Shown in pieces: positions 12,901 through 26,779 of a DNA stretch of 64,000 nt. The notes under the pieces were generated by a model that ran no database searches, was not told the DNA's origin, and saw nothing but the letters and a program-made list of their open reading frames with translations. A program made the position numbers and the translations under genes. Source of the DNA: Takakia lepidozioides (taxonomy: Eukaryota; Plantae; Bryophyta); the NCBI GenBank assembly GCA_030704615.1, contig CM060731.1, positions 49,786,001 through 49,850,000 of the forward strand. Reading direction: 5' to 3'. The first letter of the stretch is position 1; each line of letters starts with the position of its first letter.

Positions 12901-15900
12901 CAGCTTGTTAGGTCTCAGAAGAAATTATACTGGGACAAGTTATACAGTGAAATAAACTCAAACCACCATGGTGGTAATGACAAGAAATTCTGGTTGGCCC
13001 TTCAACGTTTGTACAAGCCGAAAAACGGTCAGCAAGTACAAGCGCTGAAGACTACTAAAGGTGCAGTGGTGACTTCATCGGTTGACATTGTCAAAACCTT
13101 TGAAACTCACTACAGTATCCTTGGCAGAACTTCTAGGTCTAACAGTGAGGGGTCTTCTGTTGAATGGAGGGACACAGTTGGAAAAACTGTTCCTATGATT
13201 CAAAACAGCCCAGATGAACTGGAGTATATTTCAATGGCTTATAACGCTCCCATTAGTTATTTTGAGATTGTGGAAGCAATTGAACATTTAAATGGATATA
13301 AAGCTGGTGGACCTGATGGTATTGTCAACGAGCTTATCAAGCCCGGTGGCGATCCCATGATAGAGGCCCTAGTTCTCCTCTTTAACCTTATCTGGAAGAC
13401 TGAAATGATCCCCTTTCGCTGGCGACAGGGGGTCATTTTCAATCTATACAAGAAGGGTGACAGAGAAGAACCGGGGAACTACCGTGGCATCACGCTCCTC
13501 GATGCTGTTGGCAAGACATTCTGCAGAGTTATAAGTACTCGTCTCGAGGTTGATCTGGAGTCTAGAGGTTGTTTCCACGAAGGCCAAGCTGGCTTTCGGC
13601 GAAACAGGGGCTGTGTGGATCATATCTTCACTCTAAGCCAGATTATCCAGGGAAGGAAAAAAGAAGGGAAACCCACTTATGTCTTTTTCCTGGATGTCAA
13701 AAAGGCTTATGACACAGTGTGGAGAGATGGCCTATGGTTCCGCCTCTGGTCTTGTGGGATCAAGGGAAAGATGTGGAGAGTTGTCCACAACTTGTATGCT
13801 CACACCAAAAGCTGTGTCACTGTTAACGGACAGAAGTCCAACTTCTTTGACATAGACCAAGGTGTAGCTCAAGGATGTACTCTGTCCCCTCTGCTCTTCA
13901 ATGTTTTCATCAATCAACTCCTCGAGGATGTGGAAAGTGAGGGATTTGGGTTAAGGGTGGGTGATACCACCATACCAGCCCTTATGTTTGCGGATGACTT
14001 CGCAGGCATAGGGGAGACTTCAACCAATCTCCAGGAGTTGATTGATTGCGCGAAGAGATACTTCGATCTTTGGGGGTTAGAGACTAATGTCAGCAAATGT
14101 GCAGTGGTAGCATTCAACGACAGAGGAGAGGGTATCAGATGGTGGGGTCAGCTGCAACATATGCCCAACACCAGATATCCTAAATTAATCGACTCTATAT
14201 CTTGGAAACAGGACCGCCCTGTCAAACAGGCTAAGTCCTGGCAGAAGAGAGTAGAAGAGATCCTCAAGGACCTGGACCTGGATCCGCAAGTCTTGACCCT
14301 GCTGGATAAATCTGACTTAGAGGCTGTAGTGTCCTCAGCCATGTCTGTTGCCATGTGATTGTCTGATGAAAATGAAGTTAGGCAGAAAACTTCCCTGAAC
14401 TTGTTTCCAGTCTGTGACATGGGGGAGGACATCTTGGATGACCTCAAGGGTCTACCCACTCTCGGCACTAGACTGAAATTTAAACACAGGGCAGGAAGCC
14501 TACCTTTGAACAGCAAACAGAAGCAGAGAGGAAAGGGAGAGTGCAATTGCCCGTTGTGTGGGCAATCTGAAGACAGTATTCATTTTCTGATACACTGACC
14601 GGGGTTCTCTCACCAAAGAGACGCTCTCTTCAAATCTATTAAGGGAATTGTGCCTGTACCCCTGCTTACCAACTTTGAAAGTCTCGAGGCTGAGCCAAAA
14701 GCCCAGGCCCTCCTGAGGCCTAGTTTTTGGGCAAATCACACACAGCAGATTGATGCTTGTGTGAAGGGATTTCTAGAGGATATCTGGAAAACCCGGATTA
14801 ATTCTTTATATGGAGGTAAGTCTTACTACCAACGTCAGCCCCTGACAGAGGTAGGTTCTGTCCCTTTTGTTCCCGCTCAAACTGGGCGCGGGGTCAATGG
14901 CCACAAGGCTACGGCAAACAATGTCTTATGAGCACAATCTCTTACCAACTTTGAAAGTCTCGAGGCTGAGCCAACCAGGCCCTCCTGAGGCCTAGTTTTT
15001 GGGCAAATCACACACAGCAGATTGATGCTTGTGTGAAGGGATTTCTAGAGGATATCTGGAAAACCCGGATTAATTCTATATATGGAGGTAAGTCTTACTA
15101 CCAACGTCAGCCCCTGACAGAGGTAGGTTCTGTCCCTTTTGTTCCCGCTCAAACTGGGCGCGGGGTCAATGGCCACAAGGCTACGGCAAACAACGTCTTA
15201 TGAGTACAATCTCTCTCTCCGGGGAGCATAGAAAATTCCAGAAGAGGGTCCAGACAGAATATGTCCAGATCTTAAATGAGGCTCTCCCACACTTCATCCA
15301 ATCACTCCAAGACCTTTGTTTCTACTGTGTCCTTCCATTCTTTAGAAGGCCCCTCACTATTAGGTTAGATTCAAGGCCAAGAAGGTTTTAGTGTGTTTCA
15401 AAGGTTTGAAGATGTCAACGGTTGAAGTCAACACTGCACCCTTATTATTCCTTGCAGCCTGTACTTGCTGGCCATTTTTCGGCTTGTACAGATGCTGTAA
15501 GGCCAACCAGAATCTCTTACCATTATGACCATGGTGGTTCAAGTTAATGTCTTGGTACAACTTTTCCCAACAGACTTTCTTCAGAGCCCTTACAAGCTGT
15601 TAACATGAACTAAAAGATCTGTGAAATGTTCAATTCCAAAGTGGCGCATATCAAAATTCTGGAGGGAAGAGGTCAAGATGGAATATGTCCAGGCCTTGAA
15701 AGAGGCTCCCGCCCTTTATCCGATCGCTCCAAGATGTCCCTTCTTCCTTGGGTGATGCAAGAAGCGAGGTTGTAAGAGCTGTGGACTCTGGGGAGAGTTT
15801 CGTTGCTTCTGTGGCTGATAAGATCATTGGAAGGAAAACTAATTGTATGCAAAGAGCAGTGACCTGGTTTACCAATGAGATCAAGCTTCAGAATGCCGAG

Positions 15901-17737
15901 AGATGGGCGCTTTATAGGGACTGCAGTAATTTCAAAGATGACAGAGCTGTGGTCTAGATATTACCAACTGCGAAAAGATGTAGCAGCTAGTAAAGGCTCA
16001 GAAGAAAACATATTGGGAAGAGTTGTACCGTGACAGTAATGATGAAAGGTTCTGGTTGGCCTCACAGCACTTGTACTGGCCGAAAAATGGTCAGAGTTTA
16101 CACGCTTCAAGGAACTGATCCTATAATTGCAGCCGCACTGATGAATAGGAGTATATCACAAAGGGATACCATGCACCCATTAGTTCTTAGATTGCTGAAG
16201 CAATAGAACCTCTAAAGGGCTATAAAGCTGGTAGGTGGGATGGCGTTGTCAAAGTGCTAATGAGCAATCCTAGTAGAGGCCCTTGTCCTCCTCTTTAACC
16301 TTATTTGGAAGACTGAAATGATACCCTTTCACTGGAGAGAGAGGAGTCATTATCAAACTGTGCAAGAAAGGCAACAGAGAAGAGCGTGTGAACTACCGCA
16401 GCATTACACTTCTTGGCACAGTTGGAACTGTTTTGTAGGATAATAAGCACCCATCTCGAGGTTGATTTGGTGGGTAGAAGTGTTTCCATGAAGGTCAGGC
16501 GGGCTTCCCGGGAATAGGGCCTGGATGTTAAAAAGCCTTATGACACGGTATGGTGCAACAGCCTGTGGTCTTCTGGGGTCAGGGGAAAGATGTGGAGGAT
16601 GGTTCACAACCTGTGTGTGAACACCAAAAAGTTGTGTAATGGCAAATGGCAAGAAGGCTAATTTCTTTGACATTGACCAAGGTGTAGCTCAAGGTTGTAC
16701 CCTTGCCCCACTGCTCTTAAGAGTACATTCTCTCCTTGGCATATGACTGTCTCTTAGCTATCAGGACCCTAAGTGCTTGGCAGCTTGGGTGACATTTGAT
16801 GTGTTTTGATGTGACTTCTTGTTGTTCTACTTCGTCCCATAGACCCTTGCATCTCTCTCCAGAGAATGTTATGAGTACATCCTCTCTCATACACAAGAAG
16901 TGCCATCGAATGTGATTTAACATAGTTCTGTATACATCATATATGTCCCACCTACAAACAAGCTCACAGTCACGATTGAGTTATCAACCTGTAAACTGAA
17001 GGAAAGCTTCAGAAGATGAATGAACGCCCCACTCATTGCACACTAGCATCAACAAAAGGCTAAGTTTAAAGCAACAACGAACAAGACAATCTGAAAAGCA
17101 AAGAAAAATTGTCAGCACTTACTTGAAGTTTCTTGTCGATTTCTGTCGCAGGGTCTCGCATATTCTGGCCGTAAGTGTTGAAGCTCAACGATGAAAAGAA
17201 TGGCACAAAGAAAACATCAGCTTGTTCTGGGTCACTCACTCTTACAGCTGCCCTCTTCACATCTTTCTCTCTCGGTTCATCCAATATGTCCACCATCATC
17301 CAGTACTCCACACTGTGCTGCTTTTTGAGGCCCGATCGCTGTGGCCAGGGTGGTGCCACTCTTTCTGTCCAAGGAAGGTCCCGGTTTGTGTCGCTCTTCT
17401 TGAGCATGCCTAGGTTAAATCTACGAGGAATATCATACATAAATACCTTGAGGTGGGACTCACATTGAATCTTAGAATTTAAAGTTCCATCCATGACAGC
17501 AGGAGCAAGATCTGACACCTTATTGGCTGACAAATCGCTGTGGTATGAGGAATTCGACCACGAAAACCAACTAAGTACTGTACTTTCAGATTCATTACCC
17601 TCGTCACTTCTCTGGATTCTGAAAAAATGTGAGGAAATGGATCTAGCTTCTGGGTATAAAGCTGGCAGCATAAGGAACACCGCCACCAATGTTCCAACGA
17701 TTATCCAGATCACAGGTTTCTTGCTTTGTTTCACCAT
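6929..17737 (-). CDS. Exostosin-family GT47 glycosyltransferase, ARAD1-like; exons 17737-17123, 9193-9099, 8521-8320, 8203-8108, 7348-6929 (475 aa)
   Basis: N-terminal TM anchor, motifs [68 protein letters not shown]. All introns are GT-AG with consistent phases (1428 nt spliced). Confidence 0.93.
11402..11812 (+). repeat. Three tandem 141-bp (47-aa) coding repeats in LINE ORF1
   Basis: ggacaa unit starts at 11402, 11543 and 11684; peptide [26 protein letters not shown]. Confidence 0.95.
14665..15212 (+). repeat. Near-identical ~276-bp tandem duplication of the LINE 3' end
   Basis: cttaccaactttgaaagtctcgagg... begins at 14665 and 14941; both copies end tcttatgag(c/t)acaatct. Confidence 0.95.
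15213..16735. mobile_element. Older, more diverged fragments of the same LINE family, including an inverted piece (~15360-15600, minus)
   Basis: Peptides homologous to ORF2: [29 protein letters not shown] (minus), [36 protein letters not shown]. Confidence 0.85.
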
Positions 17738-20700
17738 ATTTTCTCAACCACCTCCTCTCACAGCCAGCTCACCCTAACCGAGAAGCTCGGACCCAATCTA
17801 TCTTGAACCTAGCTGGGTTCACGTACCAAACTTCTCACAAAAGGCTTCTTTTTGCTCATAATGTGAGAGATTTCGGAAGAGGTCACCTAGAATGAAACCC
17901 GCGAATTGAGCTCACTCCCACCAATGCTAAATGTAAAAACCTGGCGCAAAAATACGACTTTTGCATCTTGCTACAAGGGATCTTCGCAGTGGGAAAGGCT
18001 TGGCTTGGCTTCAGCGGTCAGTGCTTCCCACTTCAATAGGTTCGTTAAGTCCAGCCGACCCTGCCAAATCCATGTCAAGAAAAAAACTCCGTCACAGTCC
18101 TCCCAGGCAAAAATAAGCCAATCTCTGTCTTACTTTCTCTCTGTCCCAACGTATACATACTCAATGATGCAACGGCAGGAGGGGCGTAGCGCGTATGCCT
18201 GAAAACTTGGACACAGACACGTGCACGAAACAGGCCCATCATCTTTTCTGCCTCAAAGTACCACCTTCACCTCCTCCCCAGCTCCCATTTTCTGAATGCT
18301 TTCGGTCAATAAGGGGCACAATTTACTTATTGAAAACTTCTCTGTCCACAAATCTCCGAAGCTGTGCTGAGATCGTCTCACCTTTGTTTCGGAGACAACC
18401 CAATAGAATTCCAATTCATGAATCTTGAAAAGGATCCGAACTTGTACGAATCTCTTCGTTATGTACAGCAGGCGCTCTGCTCAGGAATCAAATGTGCGCC
18501 CTCCCCGTCTTTCTCTAGAAGTCAACAACCTGTTATAAAACGCACTCAACAGACCGTCAACAAGAGACCTTCACATTCCCTGCGAGACAGCCCACAAGGC
18601 CACAACGACACACTGCGAGGGACAGCACCCCTTCTGTTGCACGAAACAAGCAACACATTATTGAGCTCGGGTTACTCAACTTGAAAGCGAGTATCGGAAG
18701 ATCAGTCACGATTCTTCTTCTTTTCTTCTTGTTTTCTTCTTCTTCTTTTTCTTCTGTTTTTTAGTTTGCTTACCATTCAATTTATTAAGGAAAAGGTGGG
18801 GGGGAGCAAGATCCCCGTCCAAGTATGGTGGGTTATTCCTCTTCCTCTCTTGTGACTTAGCTATTTAGGGATTTGTAGTGTTTGAGCTTGCTTCGCCAAT
18901 CGTATAGGGTGGATACACCTATTCCCATGGAAATAAGCATTGCTGTCAGAAGACACAGAGTTTGTAATTGGACCAATTTTGGCATGAAGGCATTTGCATC
19001 TTTATTCACTGTGAAAAAGAACAGTCAGTAGCTCAGTTCGTAAAGTGCACTGAGTGCCATCCGGATGACCTTGGGGTCAAATCCTGCTACTTGACGGGTG
19101 TGGTACGCTCTGTTCCCCCTTCCCTGCGCAGTGTCGCATCTGAAAGTCTTGCGGCGAGGATACTGAGAGGTTATTTTCTCCTCTCTCTATCAAAGGGCCT
19201 GATTTGTGAGCTGTCGCTCCCAGGTCCCTTGTTTCCCAGGATTCCTCTCACGATCGCATTGCAAGCGAGTGCAAGATTGCACACAATCCATAACAAACTC
19301 ACTAGCTTTTGAAAAAAACAAACGAGTAACAACGTCATAATGGACATCGACGACGTAGTGGATATGGATGGGAAGGACAGGCTTGGAGTGTGGAAAAGTT
19401 CACTGTCAATATGGTGGAGAGTTATGGACTACGAACATACCGGAGGAGAGTAGCTTGTGCAATGTCGAAAAATTAACCACGGCAAGTGCTGAAAACTCTG
19501 GAAACTACTTTCCATGTGTCGAAAACACCCAGGTCTCAAAAATTAATTAATTCGGTAGCTAGGTGCCGAAACTGACCTGCACGTACGGTATATTTTTTTG
19601 GATTATTTCTGAATAAATTATGAATTGCTTACAATCTGTCATATGTATGAAAGTGGGATCATAATATGGTAGAGGATGCCCTGGACTTTGTCAATGCCCA
19701 TGTAAGTTAATGAAGACTACAAATGTGATAGGACTACGTTGTTATTAATGCGTTCAATCAGCTCTAAAGAATCATAGAACTTATGAGAAAGTTGCACACC
19801 ATGTAAATAAATAAGGGTCCAAAAATCTGATAGGGGTTATTCCTGAAGGTCGAAAAAGGAGAGGATTGGAGCAGCCAATGGGGAGGGAGGGCACCTGTGT
19901 TGGAATGGGTGAAATGTGAGGCCAGGTATACCAGCTAGCATAGAAGTATGAGGGTGGCCCCTCTTCTAGTTCTATAGCTTTTGACAAGTAGGATGAGGCG
20001 GTGGAGCGGTGGGCCCAAGGCCCTTAGAAACATCATAAAGCGTAAGCATAACGCGGAATTGGTGGTTGTCGCTGCAGGAGTATACCGGAGCAGTGGAGAG
20101 GTCGTCAGAAGGTTGGGGCTGGTGAAGTACGGCTGGACAACGAGGCCTAGTAGAATCATGCGCAACGTTTGGGGCTCGTCAAGGTCAAGTGCAGTGGGGT
20201 CAAATGGGATCGTGCAAGTTTGGAGCATAGCAACGTCAGTCTGTGCGAATTGCGCAAGGGTGGGGCTAGCAAAGGACGGTTTCACAATGGAGGCAGTGGG
20301 ATCGCGTAAGAAGTACACAGACTGAACAAACGTACGTGGGCACAGATTCTCAACGGGACAAAGAGGATGAAGGTTGTCGTCAGGGAGAGGGGGAAACAAA
20401 AGGGCAAGACGTTGAAAGGTATATCGAAGCAAGATTTACAATTGGAGTTGGTGGAGCAACATCGAAGTCAATTGTTTATAGCAGATAGAACAATTCATCG
20501 ATCGTCTATGTGTACAGAGATGACATTCTCTTGCATTTACACCTTGCAAATGGTTTTTACCCTATATGTCTCGAATCTCTTGATGTTAAACAAACTCGTA
20601 GAAAAATAACTTAAGGGGCAAGGGTCTCCATATTTTAATTGGTGTGGTTGGGTACCTGTTTAAAAAATATTGACAAACATGGATTTCAGTTTGTGCACCA

Positions 20701-21856
20701 CAATGTAGTTCCTCGAGCAGATGGATTAGGGATTGGATGAATACATCAAATATGGTTCTTCATCCATCAAAAATCAAGTCTGTGTTGACATACCAAAACA
20801 TGTTGGAACACGCGTATACGTGGTCGAAGCACAAAATGGAAATACACCTTAGTACCGCACTGCCAAGTATATTATTTAGTATGTTAAAATCTAGTCAAAT
20901 TTATCATGCAGCGTCTTCTGTGGTTCCATTTACGAACTGTGGAATGGATTTCAATAAAGCCAAATGTATTTGGAAAGCCATGGTGCAACCGCATCTTTAG
21001 CAAATGGTTGATGTCACACGTATTTTTTTTTTAATGTGGAACACGTGCTTCGCGTTTTCGTTAATTGTATTGTGTTGAGGTTGCAGACAAAGCTACCGCT
21101 CTATCAGATTTCTCTCATTAACACATAGTCATTTTACTCTGATAGATACGTTATAACATTAAAACAGGTTTCGTACATTCCGGTCTCTCCTCAAAGCCGT
21201 CGCAATGAGCATGCATTTTAGATGTGTGCTTCAATGTTGTACATAGTTGTTATCTACTGTATTTCTTATATGTTATTTTACATAGTTGCTGTACGTAACT
21301 ACTGTATTCTGCTGTACTTCTAGAAATTCTGCACTATGATGTACTTTGTGTGACTCTTTAAATTGTTTATGTTTGTAGAGGAAGCCTAATTCGTCTCGGC
21401 TGGACCATCCACTATTTAATAGAAATGACAATAAGTACTGAGTTGAGAAATGACAATATGTATTAGCTAACAATGTACATACGGAGGATTTCTAATAGTG
21501 ACAAGGGGATCGTGTCTTTTAGCCGTTATCATTTATATACTTGCTGAACATGCACAAACTAGGTATTTTGTTTTAATGCTAGATATATCAACAAAACATC
21601 ATTTTTTTTTCATTTTATGAGAAAGGGAAGTGCACCCCAAATCAAAGAGGTGAGAGCTTACGGAAGAGAAACCACCCCGTATCCAACATCATTTATTTCA
21701 TGGTGCCAAAGTTCCAAGGTGGACTTACAAATCAACGTATCATTTTTAAGTGTGATAATTAAACAAATGTTGTGACATTGTAATAAGTGATAATCATTAT
21801 AGGTAACCAAAATCAACAACACATTCGTCCAACATACATAAACACTCTCCGGAGTG

Positions 21857-21890
<34 letters not shown>

Positions 21891-21893
21891 TAT
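21857..21893. repeat. (TA)n(CA)n microsatellite
   Basis: Directly visible. Confidence 0.9.
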
Positions 21894-24391
21894 AATGGAT
21901 TCGCTATCAAAGCAATTTGTAAAGTATGACCAATGTCTCTTGACCCCGAGTTGCCTTCAAGTGGAAGTTGGACACTTTTGTGACATCCAACATGGGGATT
22001 GAATCCAAAGGATGTGATGTGAACGTGTGAACCCTCAACTATCAATGAAATAGTGTGTACTCTTACTTTGGGCTAGATATTGATAGTGCAACACTCTCAC
22101 ACTTGAAGTACATTGTTGGAAGCCAAAAAATCACCGAGATCCCAACAAGTACCAGATTAAGTGTGGAATTCCAAGACTAAGCAAGGATGCCACATGGCAC
22201 ATGGTTGCTAGACTACAAGCCACATCCACGTAGTCCAGCCATGGGGCCTCCATCTAATCCACATCTAACTACTATACATTCCGACAAACTACAAAGTAAA
22301 AATTAACCTCATCTAACTTGTCATCATCCTTCTCCAACGACCCTCTGTCCATCATTAATTAAAGAATAATACCATAAAGGAATCTCAACCCCATGTCTCT
22401 GAAGCATGTCGTCCATCTCCCTTGAGAGTGAAATTCAAATGCAAATCAGAACATCAATTAAAAACTATGGCATCTAATGCAATCGGGATAAAAAAACCAT
22501 CTAAGAGAAAACTTTGCTCTGCAAATTGAACAAAATATAAAACTTTTTGTTGGAAAAACCCCAAATGCTTACAGATTGATGTTGAAGGAGAATCTCAAAA
22601 CAAGAGCAAGACACGGCCAATAGGAGACATTGAACCAAAACACTAATAGATCGTCAAAAGACATCATTTTGAGGGCAGAAAAGCTAGAGCTCTACAAAGT
22701 CCAAATAGGCCTTAATCTCGGCGTTCCTACACTTCTTATGTCACTAATTAACTTTTAGGGTCATTACCATTTAGAGGGAAGCGATCATTCTATGCACGGG
22801 ATGACATCGTGCCATTGGATGTGCAAAAGTCTAAAGATATGACAAGCAAAAACAAACAATGTCATTTTTGCCCCAAAAGTTGTTAGGGCATAAAATAGTT
22901 GTGCTCTTCAACTTCAATTTCCATACTTGAAAATACTTTGATTTAACCATCCATTCCAATTCCACAATTATATTTTATATGAACTTACTCGTAGAACTGG
23001 GGATTGGGTTTAATTGATACACCGGCCCTAATTATACATCATCCATTATATATACCTTTATACTTGGAAAATAAAAGATTTCAAATATTGATTTTGATTT
23101 TGGGTTTGATTTTTTTCAACAATTTATTTTTGGGTGCAGCTGTTAAAGAGCTTCACAAATGCTCAAGTAATTCTTCCATTCTTGCAACTTTTGTTTTAAA
23201 AATAATAATGGTCGAATCAAAGAGCATACTTGTTTTGGGAGAGAAAAAACAATTTTGTGGTATCCATATTGTTTGTGTATAATTATTGCGCACACAATTA
23301 TACCCCCACAAATTCATTTATCTAATTCCATTTATCTTCTTCCTCTCGATACACATGCTGAAGCTTATCTATCTTCTCGTGAAAAATTGCTTCCAAGAAT
23401 GATGTGGTGCATTTGGGAATCTTGCATTAAGTATGTTTGCAATGTATGTCCAATCTTTTGCCATTAAAGGTCCATGTTCATGATACCAGTATTCCTCCTC
23501 CCAAAGATCTAGCAGCAAGAGTGTTATATCCAATGTTGGCCAGTATATTGATATCAATATACCCTTAGGGTATACATAAATTATTTTTATCAAATCTTTT
23601 ACCCTTTGGTTATGGATAAATTGAAATCTCAAAAAATTATTTACCCTCCGGGTATGGATAAATTAACTTTTCAGATTTCTATATAACCCCCGGGTAAGGA
23701 TATATATGCCAAAATAAATCTTGAGGGTAATATGAATAGTTCGGGTATAGATAGTTATTTTAATTAATATAAAATTTAATGGTTTTTTAAAATTATGATG
23801 TTTTTCAATACAAAACAAAAGAACAATGTATGATAAAAGAGAAAATTGATGAGATATTTATAAAACTTTTTTTTTTTTTTTTTTTTTTTTAAATGCCACA
23901 GCCCACAATTCAGGTCTTTGAGGAAGGAGAAAAATTAACCCCTTTCATTTATGGGCCATGGAGACCTACAGGACAAATAATGCCCAGACCTACCATCACG
24001 AACAATCCCACACACGGGGCAGGGCAGCGGGTTTTGAACCCCGAACCACCATGGCGACACATTGTGCACTTACGAGCTGAGCTACCAACCGATGTGCATT
24101 TTGGTTTCAATTCCCAATGCAAGAGGAAGGATGTTTGAGATTCAAAAAATACATGCAAGATCTGCGTTAAGAAAGTGGCCATCCATTTGCTGCCCTCCAA
24201 TACTTGTGAACTCACGATCGCGCTATCATCTTTGTATACTAATTACAGAACCGTCGACATGAAGGAAAAATAGAGAATACTAGAACAAGAAATCGAGAAG
24301 AAACGATTTCCATGTCTATGGTGGCTATCCTAGCATAGCTACATTTACGAAAGGCGGCTCAATTATATCCTAATTCCTAACCCGTATATGC

Positions 24392-25144
24392 CGGTGTTGG
24401 GCAGTTACCCGCTGGGACCCAGGTTAACCGCCGGTTCAGGTTCCGGTTAACCAGAACCGGGCCCATGCCTGCATAACCGGACCCGGAACCTGCCAATGGG
24501 AATCGGCGCAGAACTGAACCGGCTGTTCCTGCTGGGATTCACACATGTGAGAACGGGCACGAGGGGATGAAATCAGGTTCTGTTCTTGAAACCCTTGGTG
24601 GGCCCTTGGCAATGCTTAAAGGCCATGAGATTCTCTATTTAATGCTTCAGCGCCATGAGATCTTGGGTTCAATCTCTAGCTCCAGGATATCTTGGATAAG
24701 TTCATTAGTCAAGATGTCAATACTTGCCAGATAGCTGAATAGTAACTTCAACCCACAAAATTTTACCCATTTTCTTCTACCATTTATTTAGAGTATTTTT
24801 GTTTGTTTTATTTGTGTTAATGAAAACTAATAAAATCGTTGGATTTTAAATTCAAATATGTGAATACACTGCTATTTAATCTCCCAGACTAATAAAATAT
24901 TTTAAATCTAATTAAATTAAACAATTTAAAAAAAAATAGAACCGGAACCTAACCGGGAACCGGTGGTTTTTATCAACAACCAACCGGTAACTGGAACCCC
25001 CCATGTTTAAAAGTTGGATTCAGAACCGGACCGGAACTGGCTCAATAAAAAAAAAACCGGAACTGGATCCGGAACCATCTCTTGAAATAATTATGGAACC
25101 GGAACCGAAGGTTCCTGCACAAATGCAAGAAGTGCCCAACACTC
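24392..25144. mobile_element. Non-autonomous hAT-type DNA transposon (MITE-like, ~750 bp)
   Basis: Terminal inverted repeats CGGTGTTGGGCA / TGCCCAACACTC (10/12), 8-bp TSD gtatatgc / gtatatac (7/8), dense subterminal GAACCGG motifs at both ends. Confidence 0.8.
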
Positions 25145-26364
25145 GTATATACCATGATTAGATATACCCTTTATTTTAACATATACCCTTCAGAAAAGTA
25201 GGGTACATTGCAGTGTTGGCCAGGTACCATGTTTTGAGCCCTCTTCCGGTCCCGGTTATGGCCTACTCCTTGGGAAAAGTGGATGGCAGGTCAGGGTATA
25301 ACAATAGGTTTGAAAAACATCTCGGTTACAGGTTCTCATTAAACACATGAATTTTTTCTTGTCCGGTTCTCAATCTACGGGTTATGCCATCGTAAAAATT
25401 GCGGGTTCCATGGTACCGGTTATGGGATTCATCCATTTTTATATTTTTACTTTCTCTAGCATTTTTGTGTATGTGTGTAAAACTACACGAGAGGGTTTTT
25501 GCATACTCATCCTCCCATGACCATGTTCATCAAGGCAATGGCGGCACAGGTGTTGCACCGCTCTCCCTGTAAGCTTATCCTCCATAAACTGATCATTACC
25601 AAGAAGAAGGCGGCACCGCTTCCCCTGCTGCACAGATTACCAAGCTGTGCCCTTTAACGCTTCTCTTAATGCAAGCCAGAATGCGCCAGTGCAGATGCAA
25701 TTTCCCTTGACACAATGCCCTACCAATTCCACTATTCGCAGCATTTGCTCAGAGTGCCCGTCATCTTCCCCTTCGTCTTCCTCGACCCGCATTTCTAGGG
25801 TAATTACCAGCGATGAAAGACATTCATCCTATGGATGAAAACACGTCTGGTCACGACTTAGCCACTTTCATCCTGGCAAAGTATCAGCATAGTGTGCCCA
25901 TGAAACAACCTGTAGGCAGGGATGTATTCCGCCCATCATTGGTACCAGGGCACTCCCTTTGTAGCAATGCAGAATCTTAGTGGGTAAAACAAAAATTTAA
26001 TGTTACTCCCCTGCATTCACACTACACTACCTCCCCTAGTTGCTCCTCCCCACAGGCATGCTCTCACCCACCATCAATGCCATACACCACACCACACTCT
26101 CACAACTCTACCCTGCCACTCTCCCCCCTCCCACGAGGTTAGCTATTTCATGAGCATGAGCGGCATGAGCGGAGTAGCAAGACAATCGGTTTTCATGAGC
26201 AGAAGTACAAATTTCGAAAATAAAAAACATTATAAAACATTAATTTAATGCAATGTGTCAGAAAAAACAACTATATTATTCGGCACCTTGAAGGGAAAAT
26301 TCTAGTTTTGAGAGTTGTGCTCATGCTATTTCGTCTTCCGATCATGCCAATTCCCAGCGACATG

Positions 26365-26770
26365 TGCAAAAATGGCGCCGAATTTCGCGGTAATAGGGTC
26401 CGTAAGTGGAAAAAACCGCGACGTATTTCGCGGTAATACGTCTCTCTGGCGAAAAATGGTGCCGAATTCCGCGGCTATAGGTCCCCTCATGACATGTGTG
26501 TAAGCCCAAAATTTGGAAATGTGGCGCCGAATTTCAGTACATGGTGCCGGGGATTGCACAGATGTTGGGCAGTTCTGGGCCATGTAACTGGAAATTCGGC
26601 GCCATTTTTCCAGACATCGTTCCCATGCATGTTCGGACTTAGCCAGTTTTCGGCCCAAAATAGGAAAATTCGGCGCCATTTTTCCAGACACAGGGGTACC
26701 AGTGCATGTTGGGACTTAGCCAGTTTTCGGCCCAAAATAGAGAAATTCGGCGCCATTTATCCAGAAATGG
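26365..26770. repeat. Array of AAATGGCGCCGAATTT motifs, the first three in one orientation and the next three inverted; probable DNA-transposon subterminal region
   Basis: Motifs near 26368, 26453, 26517 (forward, with variants) and 26592, 26666, 26743 (reverse), plus a duplicated ggacttagccagttttcggcccaaaata. Confidence 0.65.
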
Positions 26771-26779
26771 CCCCACAAC

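Larger units (their letters stand above)
11045..15212 (+). mobile_element. Decayed non-LTR retrotransposon (APE endonuclease-RT, RTE/RTEX-like) in GT47 intron 1, antisense to the host gene
   Basis: ORF1-like 11045-11923. EN start [14 protein letters not shown] and SDH. RT motifs [44 protein letters not shown]-terminal CPLC..H. Frameshifts near 12445 and 12680. Clade assignment is inferred. Confidence 0.9.
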
